From a virus (taxonomy: Duplodnaviria; Caudoviricetes), in the IMG/VR virus record IMGVR_UViG_3300028048_000039, positions 192,001-256,000 of that record: 64,000 nucleotides of DNA, one strand, 5' to 3'. Within the stretch, counting starts at the first letter, position 1. Every line of letters starts with the position of its first letter. The notes beneath the pieces are model-generated. The model was not told where the DNA came from. It saw nothing but the letters and a program-made list of their open reading frames with translations, and searched no databases. Positions 1-9,214 of the stretch are shown in pieces. The position numbers and the translations under genes were made by a program.

Positions 1-308
1 GGCAGTGAGAGGTCGTTCAGGATGTTCTTGTTGACCAGCTTCATTGCAATCCTCCGGGACTTATTTCTCTGAGAGAATCTTACCGGACCTGAATTAGCCA
101 GTGATATCAGGACGAAGTCATCTTCAGTAATCCATACTCCTAGGTTAACATCGGAACTGTCATCCCTAAACGCTAGGAGCCAGCCATCCTCAGCACCCAT
201 GACATCAATTAATTCGAACTTGTCCAGGTCCAGGGCCCTGAAGAATGCATTCTCATTCAGGAGCATTCCGAGCCTGGTGGTGATATCATATATAAATATC
301 ATTGACAT
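1..308 (-). CDS. Hypothetical protein, partial (runs off the left edge)
   Basis: Manual translation MSMIFIYDITTRLGMLLNENAFFRALDLDKFEL... is open to position 1; absent from the ORF track because it has no stop in the window. Confidence 0.6.
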   Translation of the reverse strand, partial: MSMIFIYDITTRLGMLLNENAFFRALDLDKFELIDVMGAEDGWLLAFRDDSSDVNLGVWITEDDFVLISLANSGPVRFSQRNKSRRIAMKLVNKNILNDLSL

Positions 309-342
309 GACGATTAATGTTATTGTTATTACTGTTCCCATG

Positions 343-428
343 TGTCTCGTGTAGGATTCGAACCTACAAGTCCCCTTCGGAACACTGAGGCTTAAACACA
401 GCGTGTTTACCAATTTCACCAACGAGAC
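343..428 (-). tRNA. tRNA-Leu(UAA)
   Basis: GTCTCGT/ACGAGAC acceptor stem, D-arm with TGG, anticodon loop TT-TAA-GC, long variable arm, GTAGG-TTCGAAT-CCTAC T-arm; no encoded CCA. Confidence 0.9.
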
Positions 429-438
429 ATGTATTTAG

Positions 439-567
439 GAAGGGGGTTCGGAGTCGAACCGATATTTCACGCTCCCAATAATTGTATTAATGATTATTGC
501 TGTATGTTTATCTACTCGATAAACGAAAAATAATGCGTGTGTTTTTCCTATTAAACTATCCCCCTTC
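439..567 (-). ncRNA. tRNA-like RNA (Pro-UGG-like) with 62-nt expanded anticodon loop
   Basis: GAAGGGGG/CCCCCTTC acceptor, GTTT/AAAC D-stem, CACGC/GCGTG anticodon stem, TCGG-TTCGACT-CCGA T-arm; loop 473-534 ends in ATTGGGA. Confidence 0.65.
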
Positions 568-604
568 AAATTAGGTACGCAATTGCGGCCTACAGTATTC
601 GAGA

Positions 605-985
605 TTAAGCCTTAGCCTCAGCTTTCTCTCGCTTCACCTCAGCGGGTGTCTTGTGCCCAAAGAGAGCGTAGAACTGGTCGATGAGGTTGCCAATTGCCTG
701 CCAGTCGTAGAGACCGTTGGAAGCTCCTCCGGCAACGAGACCACAGATTGCACCAAAGATTATATTCCCGGTCATGCTAGCGAACACTGCGAGACCACCA
801 GTCATTGCGATGACCACGCCAGCGAGTACTGCGAGTACCCAGGAGATAAGATGCTTTGCCCAGGCAGCCTGAACATTGAAAGCTCCATTCACGAGACCGG
901 TAAGTACTGTATTACCGGCGATGATTGATGGAACAATTATCATAAGCTGCTGAAGCAATAATGTTACTGTTGTAATAATTTCCAT
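605..985 (-). CDS. Holin-like membrane protein
   Basis: 3-4 hydrophobic segments, GLVAGGASNGLYD motif typical of phage holins, charged C-terminus. Confidence 0.6.
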   Translation of the reverse strand: MEIITTVTLLLQQLMIIVPSIIAGNTVLTGLVNGAFNVQAAWAKHLISWVLAVLAGVVIAMTGGLAVFASMTGNIIFGAICGLVAGGASNGLYDWQAIGNLIDQFYALFGHKTPAEVKREKAEAKA

Positions 986-1053
986 AACACTTTCTTTTTA
1001 ATAAATTATTCTTCTTCTCATAAATATACAAATCTTTTCTTTATTTTCCAAAT

Positions 1054-1290
1054 CTAATCCACGTCATCTTTGTCTGGAATCTTCTTCCAGTAGCCGGCTT
1101 CACTCTTGTCAGGACGCCTATCAAATCCCTTAAAGTAGATGTAGATGACATATGCGAATGCGAACCCGCTGATAATCGTTAGCCAAGCTGTCGCTGCAGC
1201 CTTGAATACTATTCCTATTGGAATCAATGTTGCAATTGTTGCCAACGCCCTGATAATCTCCATTACTATTTTCTTAACACTTTCCTTCAT
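1054..1290 (-). CDS. Small membrane protein (2 TM)
   Basis: Two hydrophobic helices and a charged tail. Confidence 0.7.
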   Translation of the reverse strand: MKESVKKIVMEIIRALATIATLIPIGIVFKAAATAWLTIISGFAFAYVIYIYFKGFDRRPDKSEAGYWKKIPDKDDVD

Positions 1291-1423
1291 TTCCTTCTTT
1301 TCCTCCTATATTTTAAAAGCGGTATCATCCTCCGAGTGATTGGAAGACGACACCGCCAAATTAACTATCTTCTTCACGAATCTCACTCCTCAAAACCTAT
1401 GTAAATAAACCTCTAGAACCTCA

Positions 1424-1777
1424 TTAGCAAATTCCCGTTTTTAAGTAATCACCATCTGGTGTATCAATTGTTATCTCATCGTATTCAAGGAAATGTTTTA
1501 CCTCGCCAATGTAATCAATGACATCCTCCTCCGTCAAGTCCTCTTGCTCATATTGAGTCGTGTTCTCCCAAAGTAGATTGATATACTCACCTTCTTCGTC
1601 TTTCTTAACCTCGTCAATGAATTCCTCTATCGGAATAATCATTCCAGTTCCTTCTACTATTCTCCAAGACTCATCCTCATATTCCCAGATGTAAGCGAGA
1701 AGATGAACAAACCTATTACCATCGTCATCCGTAAAGATGTTGTAGAGTTCGCACTCCATTGCTTTTTCTAATTTCAT
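1424..1777 (-). CDS. Acidic hypothetical protein
   Basis: ORF with SD-like AAGGGAAGGT and sigma54-type promoter at 1833-1848. Confidence 0.85.
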   Translation of the reverse strand: MKLEKAMECELYNIFTDDDGNRFVHLLAYIWEYEDESWRIVEGTGMIIPIEEFIDEVKKDEEGEYINLLWENTTQYEQEDLTEEDVIDYIGEVKHFLEYDEITIDTPDGDYLKTGIC

Positions 1778-1871
1778 ATTGTACCTTCCCTTTTTAAGTT
1801 GTTAAACAATAACTGTGGACATTAATAGGTATAACAAATTCCGTGCCAAACTATCTATTTGATGATATTTT

Positions 1872-2066
1872 TTAGTTAGATAAAATACCATCTTTAATAT
1901 CAAGAAGAAGCGTAATAATTAAGCCAATAGGTGCAGTAAAGAAAAATCCCCACCAAAAAAACTTATGTTTTGTTTTCACTATTGTTTCAACAATGGAAAC
2001 AATAAAAATGTGTAGCACACCAAATAAGATAATCAGTTCAAATATACTCTGCTCCGTCATAGTCAT
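1872..2066 (-). CDS. Small membrane protein
   Basis: Two hydrophobic segments, WWGFFF motif. Confidence 0.65.
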   Translation of the reverse strand: MTMTEQSIFELIILFGVLHIFIVSIVETIVKTKHKFFWWGFFFTAPIGLIITLLLDIKDGILSN

Positions 2067-2072
2067 ATTTTT

Positions 2073-2915
2073 TTATTCATCCTCTTCACTCCACACTGCG
2101 GGTTGCTGCTCTGATTGAATCAGATATTTCTCTGCATACCGTATAATCTTTGCCCAATCATTTTCCTTGAAAGCCTTATCAATGTCTCCGCACTCTCCTT
2201 CAGATAAAGACATCTTTCCTTCTGGACGGTTTTCATCCAGATAGTTCATAAACCTGATTGCAAGGTCGTGCTTGGCGGCTTGATAGATTTTTTTACGAGG
2301 CTGTGGACGGAGTGATTTGAGGAAAGAATCAAGTTCTTCTTTTTCGTCAACACTTACTTCTCTTCCAGATGCAATATGTACTATTTCAAGAATGTGATTT
2401 AACTTATTTTTATCCTCTTCATTCCACTCATTCTTTGGCTGGGGTTTGAGGGATTTAAGCCAAGAAGATAATTTTTCTTTGTACTCATTTGACGGATGCA
2501 AATGGCCCGTACAACTTGGAATATCCATTGGAGGAAGTGTATCAGCGTATTTAATCATCTCAAGTATATCCATTAGTTTGTCTTCATCCTCTTCACTCCA
2601 CTCCGACTTCTGTTCTTTCTGCTTTTCAAGTTGCTCTTTGAGATAATAATTCTCTTCAATCAATTCACCAATTCTTGCATTAGATATTTGCAAGGCTTTC
2701 ATCAAATTACCTTGCTTTTCAAGCCAAACAAAAGCCTTATCCTTTTCTTCAGGTGACATATAACCACCAACCTGAATAATGCGAATAATTTTCTTTCTTA
2801 TCCTCTCATCCTCGCTTTCTTTAAGTTCTGGAATAAACAACTCACAAGCTTTCCGTAAGTCACTACCTGACGTACAATTTCTTTTAATGATTTCTATTGC
2901 CTCTTCTTTTGTCAT
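2073..2915 (-). CDS. Hypothetical protein with W(S/N)EED repeats
   Basis: ESEDERIRK and three W(S/N)EED(E/K) motifs; ATG at 2915 preferred over the track start at 2927. Confidence 0.8.
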   Translation of the reverse strand: MTKEEAIEIIKRNCTSGSDLRKACELFIPELKESEDERIRKKIIRIIQVGGYMSPEEKDKAFVWLEKQGNLMKALQISNARIGELIEENYYLKEQLEKQKEQKSEWSEEDEDKLMDILEMIKYADTLPPMDIPSCTGHLHPSNEYKEKLSSWLKSLKPQPKNEWNEEDKNKLNHILEIVHIASGREVSVDEKEELDSFLKSLRPQPRKKIYQAAKHDLAIRFMNYLDENRPEGKMSLSEGECGDIDKAFKENDWAKIIRYAEKYLIQSEQQPAVWSEEDE

Positions 2916-2917
2916 AA

Positions 2918-3040
2918 TTATTTCCAATTTATATTATTATCACTTTTCCTTGTAAAGTTTACAATGTCTTGCATTATTTCCTCTACTTTTTGCTTATCCC
3001 AGATGAAGACTGAGCCTATATAGTTATTAGGGTCTTCCAT
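2918..3040 (-). CDS. Small hypothetical protein (40 aa)
   Basis: Manual translation MEDPNNYIGSVFIWDKQKVEEIMQDIVNFTRKSDNNINWK; stop lies 2 nt before the next ATG. Confidence 0.45.
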   Translation of the reverse strand: MEDPNNYIGSVFIWDKQKVEEIMQDIVNFTRKSDNNINWK

Positions 3041-3099
3041 AATCTTATTCGTTTTTAGTTTAACAATACATTTTATCTATATACAAATATTGTGCAAAA

Positions 3100-3537
3100 C
3101 TATGCAAGTCCTGAAACAAATGTTGAAATTTCTTCAGCCTCATCCTCCGAGAATAACCTTTCAACCTTCTCACCATTCTTGGAGATTGCCTTCCAGACAG
3201 CGTTCACGTGGCGTTTTTCCTCATAGTAGTCATACCCGAACTCCTCAGCAAAGTCCTCAGCGGAGCTACAATTCTTCCAGTCGTAATATTCGCTGATGAT
3301 ACAATCCAACGCCCCGTTAATCATATCTTCAGTCTCGGTGATGCCTCTTTGATAGTTGTAGATGCTATCGTGGAATTTAAAGTCCTCAGCGACTTCTCCT
3401 CTCTTAATAGTTATTGTATAAGTGTAGTGAGTTGGGTCACCAGAATAACCCCTACCGAAAGCTCTCCTTTCCGTTCTCCTCTTATGTGCAGTTACCGAGA
3501 ACTCAATACCATTGTGCTTGTAATCAACTTTCATCAT
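3100..3537 (-). CDS. Hypothetical phage protein (EDFAEEFGYD motif)
   Basis: ORF with AGGAGGT SD and sigma54-type promoter at 3581. Confidence 0.85.
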   Translation of the reverse strand: MMKVDYKHNGIEFSVTAHKRRTERRAFGRGYSGDPTHYTYTITIKRGEVAEDFKFHDSIYNYQRGITETEDMINGALDCIISEYYDWKNCSSAEDFAEEFGYDYYEEKRHVNAVWKAISKNGEKVERLFSEDEAEEISTFVSGLA

Positions 3538-3608
3538 AATTGTACCTCCTTTCTTTAATTGGTTAAACTACTCTCTTGTATGCAAAAACCATTCCAGACT
3601 GATAAATC

Positions 3609-4133
3609 TTAGAGTTTATTTATCATCTTAAGCTGTAAATCCATACCTAACTCGGAGAAGTCAACGAACTTTTGTTCATTTCCAGAGTCATCGGTAATTA
3701 GGATGCTCATCTTCCTGCTCTTCTTATCAATGAAGACCCCTTCTACCTTAGTATAATTCCCGAAGATAATTTCATCTTCCAGACCCTTCACGAACCAGGC
3801 GTAAAAGTATTCATCGTGCTTTCCCTTCCTGATGACCAAGTCAATTATGTAATTAACAAGTGCATCATAACAATAAGTGAAAAGAAAGTCTTGCTCAGTC
3901 ATTACCTCAATATCTGGAAGGAGATGCCCATCGTCATCCAACCCACCATTCTCGCCAAGCTCATTAAGAACAGCCATTTCGTCACAAAAGATTACTGGCG
4001 ATTTATCGCCCCAGACCATTACTTGACCTTTATCAAATATGACATAGTTAAAATCCGCCTTATTGACATATTCCCCGAATGACATTCCCAAGTCAATGAG
4101 ATGTTTAATGAAATAATTCTTCTTAAAATTCAT
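3609..4133 (-). CDS. Hypothetical protein
   Basis: 174-aa ORF starting 3 nt after the upstream stop. Confidence 0.8.
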   Translation of the reverse strand: MNFKKNYFIKHLIDLGMSFGEYVNKADFNYVIFDKGQVMVWGDKSPVIFCDEMAVLNELGENGGLDDDGHLLPDIEVMTEQDFLFTYCYDALVNYIIDLVIRKGKHDEYFYAWFVKGLEDEIIFGNYTKVEGVFIDKKSRKMSILITDDSGNEQKFVDFSELGMDLQLKMINKL

Positions 4134-4136
4134 AGC

Positions 4137-4523
4137 CTATTCCTCCCAATTATAATAATTCAACCACGATATAATCTCGTCCATTACCTCTATGTCAAAT
4201 TTACTAACCCAAGTGGTCTCGTCAGATACATTAGTGAGTGAATGATGATACTCCTCATCAATCCAACATACATCATCATCAAAATCAACCTCAGCGACAT
4301 TGTACCCACAACAAGCATCAAAGTCCTGAAGAACCCAGTAGAGAACTCCGTCCTTGACATATATGCGTTTAATTCTCTCAGCGGTAAGTTCCTCATCATA
4401 GTACCTATAAACTATCTCGGTCTCTATGCTTCCACCATTTCTATTTACATACTCCTTGATGGTATCTACCATCTCCTTGTAGAGCTTCGTGTAAGCATTG
4501 TTAATCTTCGTCTCGTTAATCAT
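4137..4523 (-). CDS. Acidic hypothetical protein
   Basis: ORF with AGGAGGT SD; N-terminus resembles those of 4632-5561 and 10702-11367 (Y/V-V-x-x-x-GG). Confidence 0.85.
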   Translation of the reverse strand: MINETKINNAYTKLYKEMVDTIKEYVNRNGGSIETEIVYRYYDEELTAERIKRIYVKDGVLYWVLQDFDACCGYNVAEVDFDDDVCWIDEEYHHSLTNVSDETTWVSKFDIEVMDEIISWLNYYNWEE

Positions 4524-4631
4524 AATGTACCTCCTTTTTTCTTATTGTTAAACCTAAGAATACTGGGGGAGTGTCTTTTTCTCCCCCATATTCCGTTAAA
4601 CTAGTCCGCAACTGCGTACTACACCCCCATA

Positions 4632-5561
4632 TTAGACCATTAAAGTCTCTCTGTCAGCAACCTCGTCACCTACGAATGTGGAAACATAGACATTTCCCTT
4701 ATTGTCTTCCCATTCAATCCACTCCTTGTGGTCAGCGAGCTTATTAACCCTAATGCCAGTACCATACTTATTAGAGAGAGCTACAAGTCTCTTGAAAGTG
4801 ATGCACTCAGTCATTGTCATTGACTCATTATAATAATCTTTATTATAATAGGTCTCAGTAAGCTCGATGGTGAATTGATACTCTGGGTCAAGCATACCGA
4901 TAACATTACCATCATAGAACTGATAAGTCCTCGCCTCATTCAAGTCCATTGGGTAAGCACCATCGCAACACACCTGCCCCACGATGTTATCCTCATAGAC
5001 AACATACATAAAGACCTCGTCCATATCATCGGTCTCGTCATCGTACTTAATAACGCCTTGCCAGAGTGATACCTCTTTGCCGTTCACTACCACGCTATCA
5101 ACCTTCTCAAAGATGTCAAAGTCCACATTATCCCAACCACACACTTCGTTAAGGTCACGAACCATATCAAGCACCTTTTCCTTCTCATCCACGATTGGAA
5201 TAGGAGTAAAGTCATCGTCCATAATTCCCTCAGCAATGTTCTTAATCATCATCTCATAGATGTCATTGTGATAAGGACGAACCCAAGTACCATCTTCAGT
5301 ATAGACACCCTCGCCCGGAGCATAAGACAGCATCACCTCCAAGTGACCATCACGAACACGGAGAGCAAGAATGCGTCTCTCCTCATAGACTTCCTTCTCA
5401 CGAAGATAAACCACACTTGTAAATTCAGCGTACTCGCCATTTGGATTATCAACCCTGATAGCACCGCCCCACTCATTTACATAATTAACGATTGCATTAA
5501 CGAGATTGTCATAACCTCTTTCAACGATTGTCATTGCGTAATTGATAAGATTTTTTCCCAT
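4632..5561 (-). CDS. Acidic hypothetical protein
   Basis: 309-aa ORF, SD and sigma54-type promoter at 5614. Confidence 0.85.
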   Translation of the reverse strand: MGKNLINYAMTIVERGYDNLVNAIVNYVNEWGGAIRVDNPNGEYAEFTSVVYLREKEVYEERRILALRVRDGHLEVMLSYAPGEGVYTEDGTWVRPYHNDIYEMMIKNIAEGIMDDDFTPIPIVDEKEKVLDMVRDLNEVCGWDNVDFDIFEKVDSVVVNGKEVSLWQGVIKYDDETDDMDEVFMYVVYEDNIVGQVCCDGAYPMDLNEARTYQFYDGNVIGMLDPEYQFTIELTETYYNKDYYNESMTMTECITFKRLVALSNKYGTGIRVNKLADHKEWIEWEDNKGNVYVSTFVGDEVADRETLMV

Positions 5562-5635
5562 AATATACCTCCTTTTTTAAAATGTTAATAAATCAGTTTC
5601 CATAAATACTACTAACAAGTTCCGTGCCAAACTTC

Positions 5636-5812
5636 TTAGATTATGTAATTTTCTTCAAGTTTTTTGATAAATTCTCTTTCATCCATTTCATAGACCTCGT
5701 CTGCCGGAATGTCCAATGTTCCGATAACTCTTTCATTTTCAGCATCAATTACGATACTTCCACCATTTTCGTTACTTCTAAAGATGTAACCGCCTCTTTC
5801 AAATTCTTCCAT
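5636..5812 (-). CDS. Small acidic protein (58 aa)
   Basis: Manual translation MEEFERGGYIFRSNENGGSIVIDAENERVIGTLDIPADEVYEMDEREFIKKLEENYII; AGGAGGT SD; below the track cutoff. Confidence 0.8.
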   Translation of the reverse strand: MEEFERGGYIFRSNENGGSIVIDAENERVIGTLDIPADEVYEMDEREFIKKLEENYII

Positions 5813-5871
5813 AATGTACCTCCTATTTTAAATTGTTCTCTATTATAATATACTCTCTTTTTCCGAAAATC

Positions 5872-6162
5872 TTACACTTCCAAGTCAAAAAGTTTATCTT
5901 TATCATCATATTGACGAATTAACTCTATGTCGTGAGTTTCTTCCATCCAGATTCTCCTCTTGTCATCAACATTGTCAAAAAGACCACAATCAGTACAAGC
6001 TTCTGCCAAGTTGTCAGTCGTTAATTTTCCATCACTTGAGAAGACCACGAAGGAATCTACTACTGGGTCTTCATCGGATTTAATCATCCCCAACCAAGTG
6101 TGAAAGGAGTTCTCATCCTTTCCTATGTAAATTATGTAAAAACGATTTTTCCAAATGCACAT
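5872..6162 (-). CDS. Hypothetical protein
   Basis: ORF with GGAGGTG SD and sigma54-type promoter at 6203. Confidence 0.8.
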   Translation of the reverse strand: MCIWKNRFYIIYIGKDENSFHTWLGMIKSDEDPVVDSFVVFSSDGKLTTDNLAEACTDCGLFDNVDDKRRIWMEETHDIELIRQYDDKDKLFDLEV

Positions 6163-6225
6163 ATCTCACCTCCTCTTTTAATTGTTCTACACTAATAGTC
6201 CTAACAAAGACCGTGCCAGAATTTA

Positions 6226-6265
6226 AAAAATAAGGGGGAAGAATGAAAAAAAATTCATCTTCCCC
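6226..6265 (-). terminator. Intrinsic terminator (family copies also at about 8135-8173, 11431-11469, 16658-16713)
   Basis: GGGGA(A/G)GATG...TTC(T)CCCC hairpin followed by TTATTTTT on the minus strand. Confidence 0.6.
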
Positions 6266-6292
6266 GCAAAAATCATAATTAGTCTTGGAGTA

Positions 6293-6463
6293 TTACTCGG
6301 CAACAGCGGTGGTATCAACGGCAACGCTATCAACAGCAACAGCGGTGGTGTCTTCAGCAACCTGCTCAAGACCCTGCTCCTCAACTACCTCTGCCTCATT
6401 GTTCTTGCAAGATACAAGTGCAAGGGCAAATACTACCAAGACTGCAAAAAGAATCTTCTTCAT
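6293..6463 (-). CDS. Small Bacteroidota-type lipoprotein (56 aa)
   Basis: Manual translation MKKILFAVLVVFALALVSCKNNEAEVVEEQGLEQVAEDTTAVAVDSVAVDTTAVAE: lipobox LVSC, three D-(S/T)-(T/V) motifs. Confidence 0.85.
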   Translation of the reverse strand: MKKILFAVLVVFALALVSCKNNEAEVVEEQGLEQVAEDTTAVAVDSVAVDTTAVAE

Positions 6464-6503
6464 AGCAAACTTTATTTTTAATAGTTATTATTATTATTTC
6501 TGG

Positions 6504-6535
6504 CAAATATACAAAAATGTTTTCAAAAAAACAAA
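6504..6535 (-). promoter_or_regulatory. Bacteroidota primary-sigma promoter TTTG-N20-TATATTTG (others at 16025-16056, 35083-35113, 37766-37797, 47825-47856)
   Basis: Matches the -33 TTTG / -7 TAnnTTTG consensus with 19-20 nt spacing in all five cases, each upstream of a minus-strand gene. Confidence 0.8.
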
Positions 6536-6668
6536 TCTACCGGAAAAGTCTTACTCATCGTCCAGACTATTATTAAATAGTTCGTACAAGATATACAACA
6601 CAAAAAAAGTACATCCAACCGCACAAACTGATAACAATATCTTTAATAATAAGTAAAGCATCTTTCAT

Positions 6669-6974
6669 TTATTCTTTTATTATTTTTGGGTCATCATTAT
6701 AGTTCTCAAGCACCCACTCTAAAAGCAACTTTCTGTTTGTGGAATCAAGTTCACCATAAAACTTATTCATTCTCGCATATCCATTGTAATCGTATAGAAT
6801 ATAATTCCACTTCCCTATGATATGGTCAAGACTACAAGCCCACTTCACCTCCATAATAAAGGTTGGAAGATAGTCTTGCCTCTTCTCTCCATACATAGTC
6901 GTCCAGTCATAATAGTCGGACTTGTAATTCATACTGAAATAAAACCACTTGTTAATTGCGTTAATGTTGTTCAT
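6669..6974 (-). CDS. Hypothetical protein
   Basis: ORF with SD and sigma54-type promoter at 7025. Confidence 0.8.
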   Translation of the reverse strand: MNNINAINKWFYFSMNYKSDYYDWTTMYGEKRQDYLPTFIMEVKWACSLDHIIGKWNYILYDYNGYARMNKFYGELDSTNRKLLLEWVLENYNDDPKIIKE

Positions 6975-7084
6975 AAATACCTCCTTCTTTAAAAAAGTAA
7001 AAATATGTTTTCTACCTTCTTACTATCAACTATCGTGCCAGAATGCTCCGGAATGCCGGTTTGGGTGAAAAAAGTTTTTCAATG

Positions 7085-7173
7085 CCTTTTTTTTTAAAAA
7101 AGGTGTGACGGAGACTATACTTTAGCTATTGATGTACTACTCTGACTCCGGTTTAACCCGAAACCAAACGGCA
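7085..7173 (-). ncRNA. Structured repeat element, copy 1 (candidate sRNA)
   Basis: Homologous to 10290-10381; GGAG..CTCC stem, inner TAG/CTA pair, CC-Tn-An-GG palindrome. Confidence 0.5.
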
Positions 7174-7203
7174 TCCATTTGTGCCGGTATTTCTACCTAT
7201 CTA

Positions 7204-7233
7204 CTAACCCGGTGACCTTGCTCTCATTTCCAT
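7204..7233 (-). CDS. Minigene MEMRARSPG
   Basis: Full sigma54 promoter, leader and AAGGAGGT SD in front of a 9-codon ORF ending TAG TAG. Confidence 0.35.
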   Translation of the reverse strand: MEMRARSPG

Positions 7234-7300
7234 TGAGACCTCCTTCTTTAAAGTTAAACAATCAGTGAACACTAATAGTATATGCGAATATCGTGCCAGA

Positions 7301-7804
7301 CTACTCATTTCCGGAATCTTTTTTCCAAAATTTTTCCTCCTTGATGCCAACCCTATACCACCAAGACTCATCGTCAGCACCTATAACCCAATCAGTTTCC
7401 GGATTAACATCTGGAACATTCATCGTCTCTGCCATATCAGCAATAAGACTACAAGCACACTCAAAAGCTTCCTCTCCAGACTTGCAAGGATAAACCTCCG
7501 AGTAATAGTACCCATCAGTACCCATAGTTTCCGCAATTACGAAGGTAACCTTCTCATCAGTATCCTCATCCTCCTCTCTCTTGAGAACATTGAGAACATA
7601 ATCCCAAGCATCGTTGATTAAGTCCTCCAACTCATCTTCATAGTAATTCTCTGCATAAACTGCCAACGATACGCCATCTTTGCAGATTTCGCAAGTGTAA
7701 CTGCCATCGTGGCAGTAATCAGTAATCTTAATTTCCTTGCCTACTCTTTTAAGGTCTTTATTTGCTTCAGCAAGTGTATTCTCCCAATCGTTTCTTCTAT
7801 TCAT
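7301..7804 (-). CDS. Acidic hypothetical protein
   Basis: Start moved to ATG 7804 (MNRRND...), which has the AGGAGGT SD. Confidence 0.85.
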   Translation of the reverse strand: MNRRNDWENTLAEANKDLKRVGKEIKITDYCHDGSYTCEICKDGVSLAVYAENYYEDELEDLINDAWDYVLNVLKREEDEDTDEKVTFVIAETMGTDGYYYSEVYPCKSGEEAFECACSLIADMAETMNVPDVNPETDWVIGADDESWWYRVGIKEEKFWKKDSGNE

Positions 7805-7820
7805 ATTATACCTCCTATTT

Positions 7821-8057
7821 TTAATCAAGATTAAAATTCTCCTTGCAAAACTCTTTGCCATCAAAGATTACTGAAAACATTTCGCTGGAATTTGCGAAAC
7901 AATAATAGTCCAAGTCCTCCAATGATAGACCATTTTCCTTTGCGATTTCCTCCAGACGCTTGTCAATGAAAGCGATTTGTTCCGGAGTATAATCGTCTTC
8001 AAAATCGTCAATAAGGCTTGCTCTAATGCTTTGGTAAGTAATTTTAGTATCTTCCAT
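7821..8057 (-). CDS. Small acidic protein
   Basis: SD and sigma54-type promoter at 8111. Confidence 0.85.
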   Translation of the reverse strand: MEDTKITYQSIRASLIDDFEDDYTPEQIAFIDKRLEEIAKENGLSLEDLDYYCFANSSEMFSVIFDGKEFCKENFNLD

Positions 8058-8196
8058 ATTATACCTCCTTTTTTAAGTGTTAGACAATAAGTGTTTCCAT
8101 ATATACTAATAACAAGTTCCGTGCCAGACTTTCAAAAAATAAGGGGGAGAACAAAATTTTTTTCATCCTCCCCACAAACCAAAACACACAAACAAA

Positions 8197-8442
8197 CTAT
8201 GAAACCCTCTTCTTATAATATCTGTCAGCAGAATAAGTATCGCTTCCATCTTCCTCCGTAACCTCAGCATCCTCAAGGGCAAAACCCATCTCACTCATTA
8301 GGTAGTCACAATACAAGTGTTCGTGCTTCCAATCACCCCACTCAATCACAACAAGAACTCCGTCATCGCCATCTGGAACTACATCCTCAAAATAAAGGTC
8401 ACTCTTCCTTAACTTCTCCCTGACTTTATCAACATCTATCAT
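8197..8442 (-). CDS. Small acidic protein (WGDWKHEH motif)
   Basis: SD, operator motif and sigma54-type promoter at 8508. Confidence 0.85.
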   Translation of the reverse strand: MIDVDKVREKLRKSDLYFEDVVPDGDDGVLVVIEWGDWKHEHLYCDYLMSEMGFALEDAEVTEEDGSDTYSADRYYKKRVS

Positions 8443-8528
8443 AGATACCTCCTTTTTTAATAGTTAATAATCTATGTCCGCAACTGCGTACTACACATCC
8501 CTTAATAAGCAACAATTGTTCCAGAATG

Positions 8529-8870
8529 TTAATCTTCGTCAGTTTCTACTCCAACTTCGTTGTAATCAAAGATGTCTTCCTTGTTTTCCTGCATCCATTC
8601 AGCGATGTCCACAAGTGCATCAGTGCCTATGTTAGCATTATCCCACCAATCGCTTCCATCACCACTACTGGCAAAGAAGATAAGTCTTCCATTCTTCTTT
8701 AGCTCAACACTATCAAGTGTGTATATGAAATAGTCATCTTCATTATCCCTAACGATTGGGCAATCATCCAAGTAGCTGACCTCAAGCGTGTCCTTACCGG
8801 ACTCCTTCATTATATTGGTGATTATCTCTATTGCTTCGTTCTCTATTTCTGCAAGTTTTTCTCTCATCAT
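8529..8870 (-). CDS. Acidic hypothetical protein
   Basis: ORF with AGGAGGT SD. Confidence 0.85.
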   Translation of the reverse strand: MMREKLAEIENEAIEIITNIMKESGKDTLEVSYLDDCPIVRDNEDDYFIYTLDSVELKKNGRLIFFASSGDGSDWWDNANIGTDALVDIAEWMQENKEDIFDYNEVGVETDED

Positions 8871-8950
8871 ATTGTACCTCCTTTTTTATAGTGTTAATAA
8901 AATCAGTTATCAGTTTCCGGAAGATGCCGGTGCTTATTCCGGCACTCTCG

Positions 8951-9214
8951 CTACATTTCCTCGTCCTCCGCAATCTCCTTCTCAATTCTCTTCAAGATGT
9001 TCATTGCTTCAGTCTTCGCCATTGCCCTGACCATTTGAGCAACATTTTTACCGAAAGCATCACTCCTGAACTCTTCTACCTCTTTGCTGTACTCTATTAT
9101 GAGCATCGCAAGTTTAAGGTCGTCAATGTTCTTGTTGCTGAACTCTGCAACCTTCTCATCTACTTTGTCCTTTATATCTGCCATAAGGACTCCGGCAACA
9201 TTTAATCCAATCAT
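8951..9214 (-). CDS. Helical hypothetical protein
   Basis: SD and sigma54-type promoter at 9277. Confidence 0.8.
   Translation of the reverse strand: MIGLNVAGVLMADIKDKVDEKVAEFSNKNIDDLKLAMLIIEYSKEVEEFRSDAFGKNVAQMVRAMAKTEAMNILKRIEKEIAEDEEM

Noticed and set aside
6285-6656. 123-aa plus-strand ORF
   Set aside because: Antisense shadow of the lipoprotein gene at 6293-6463
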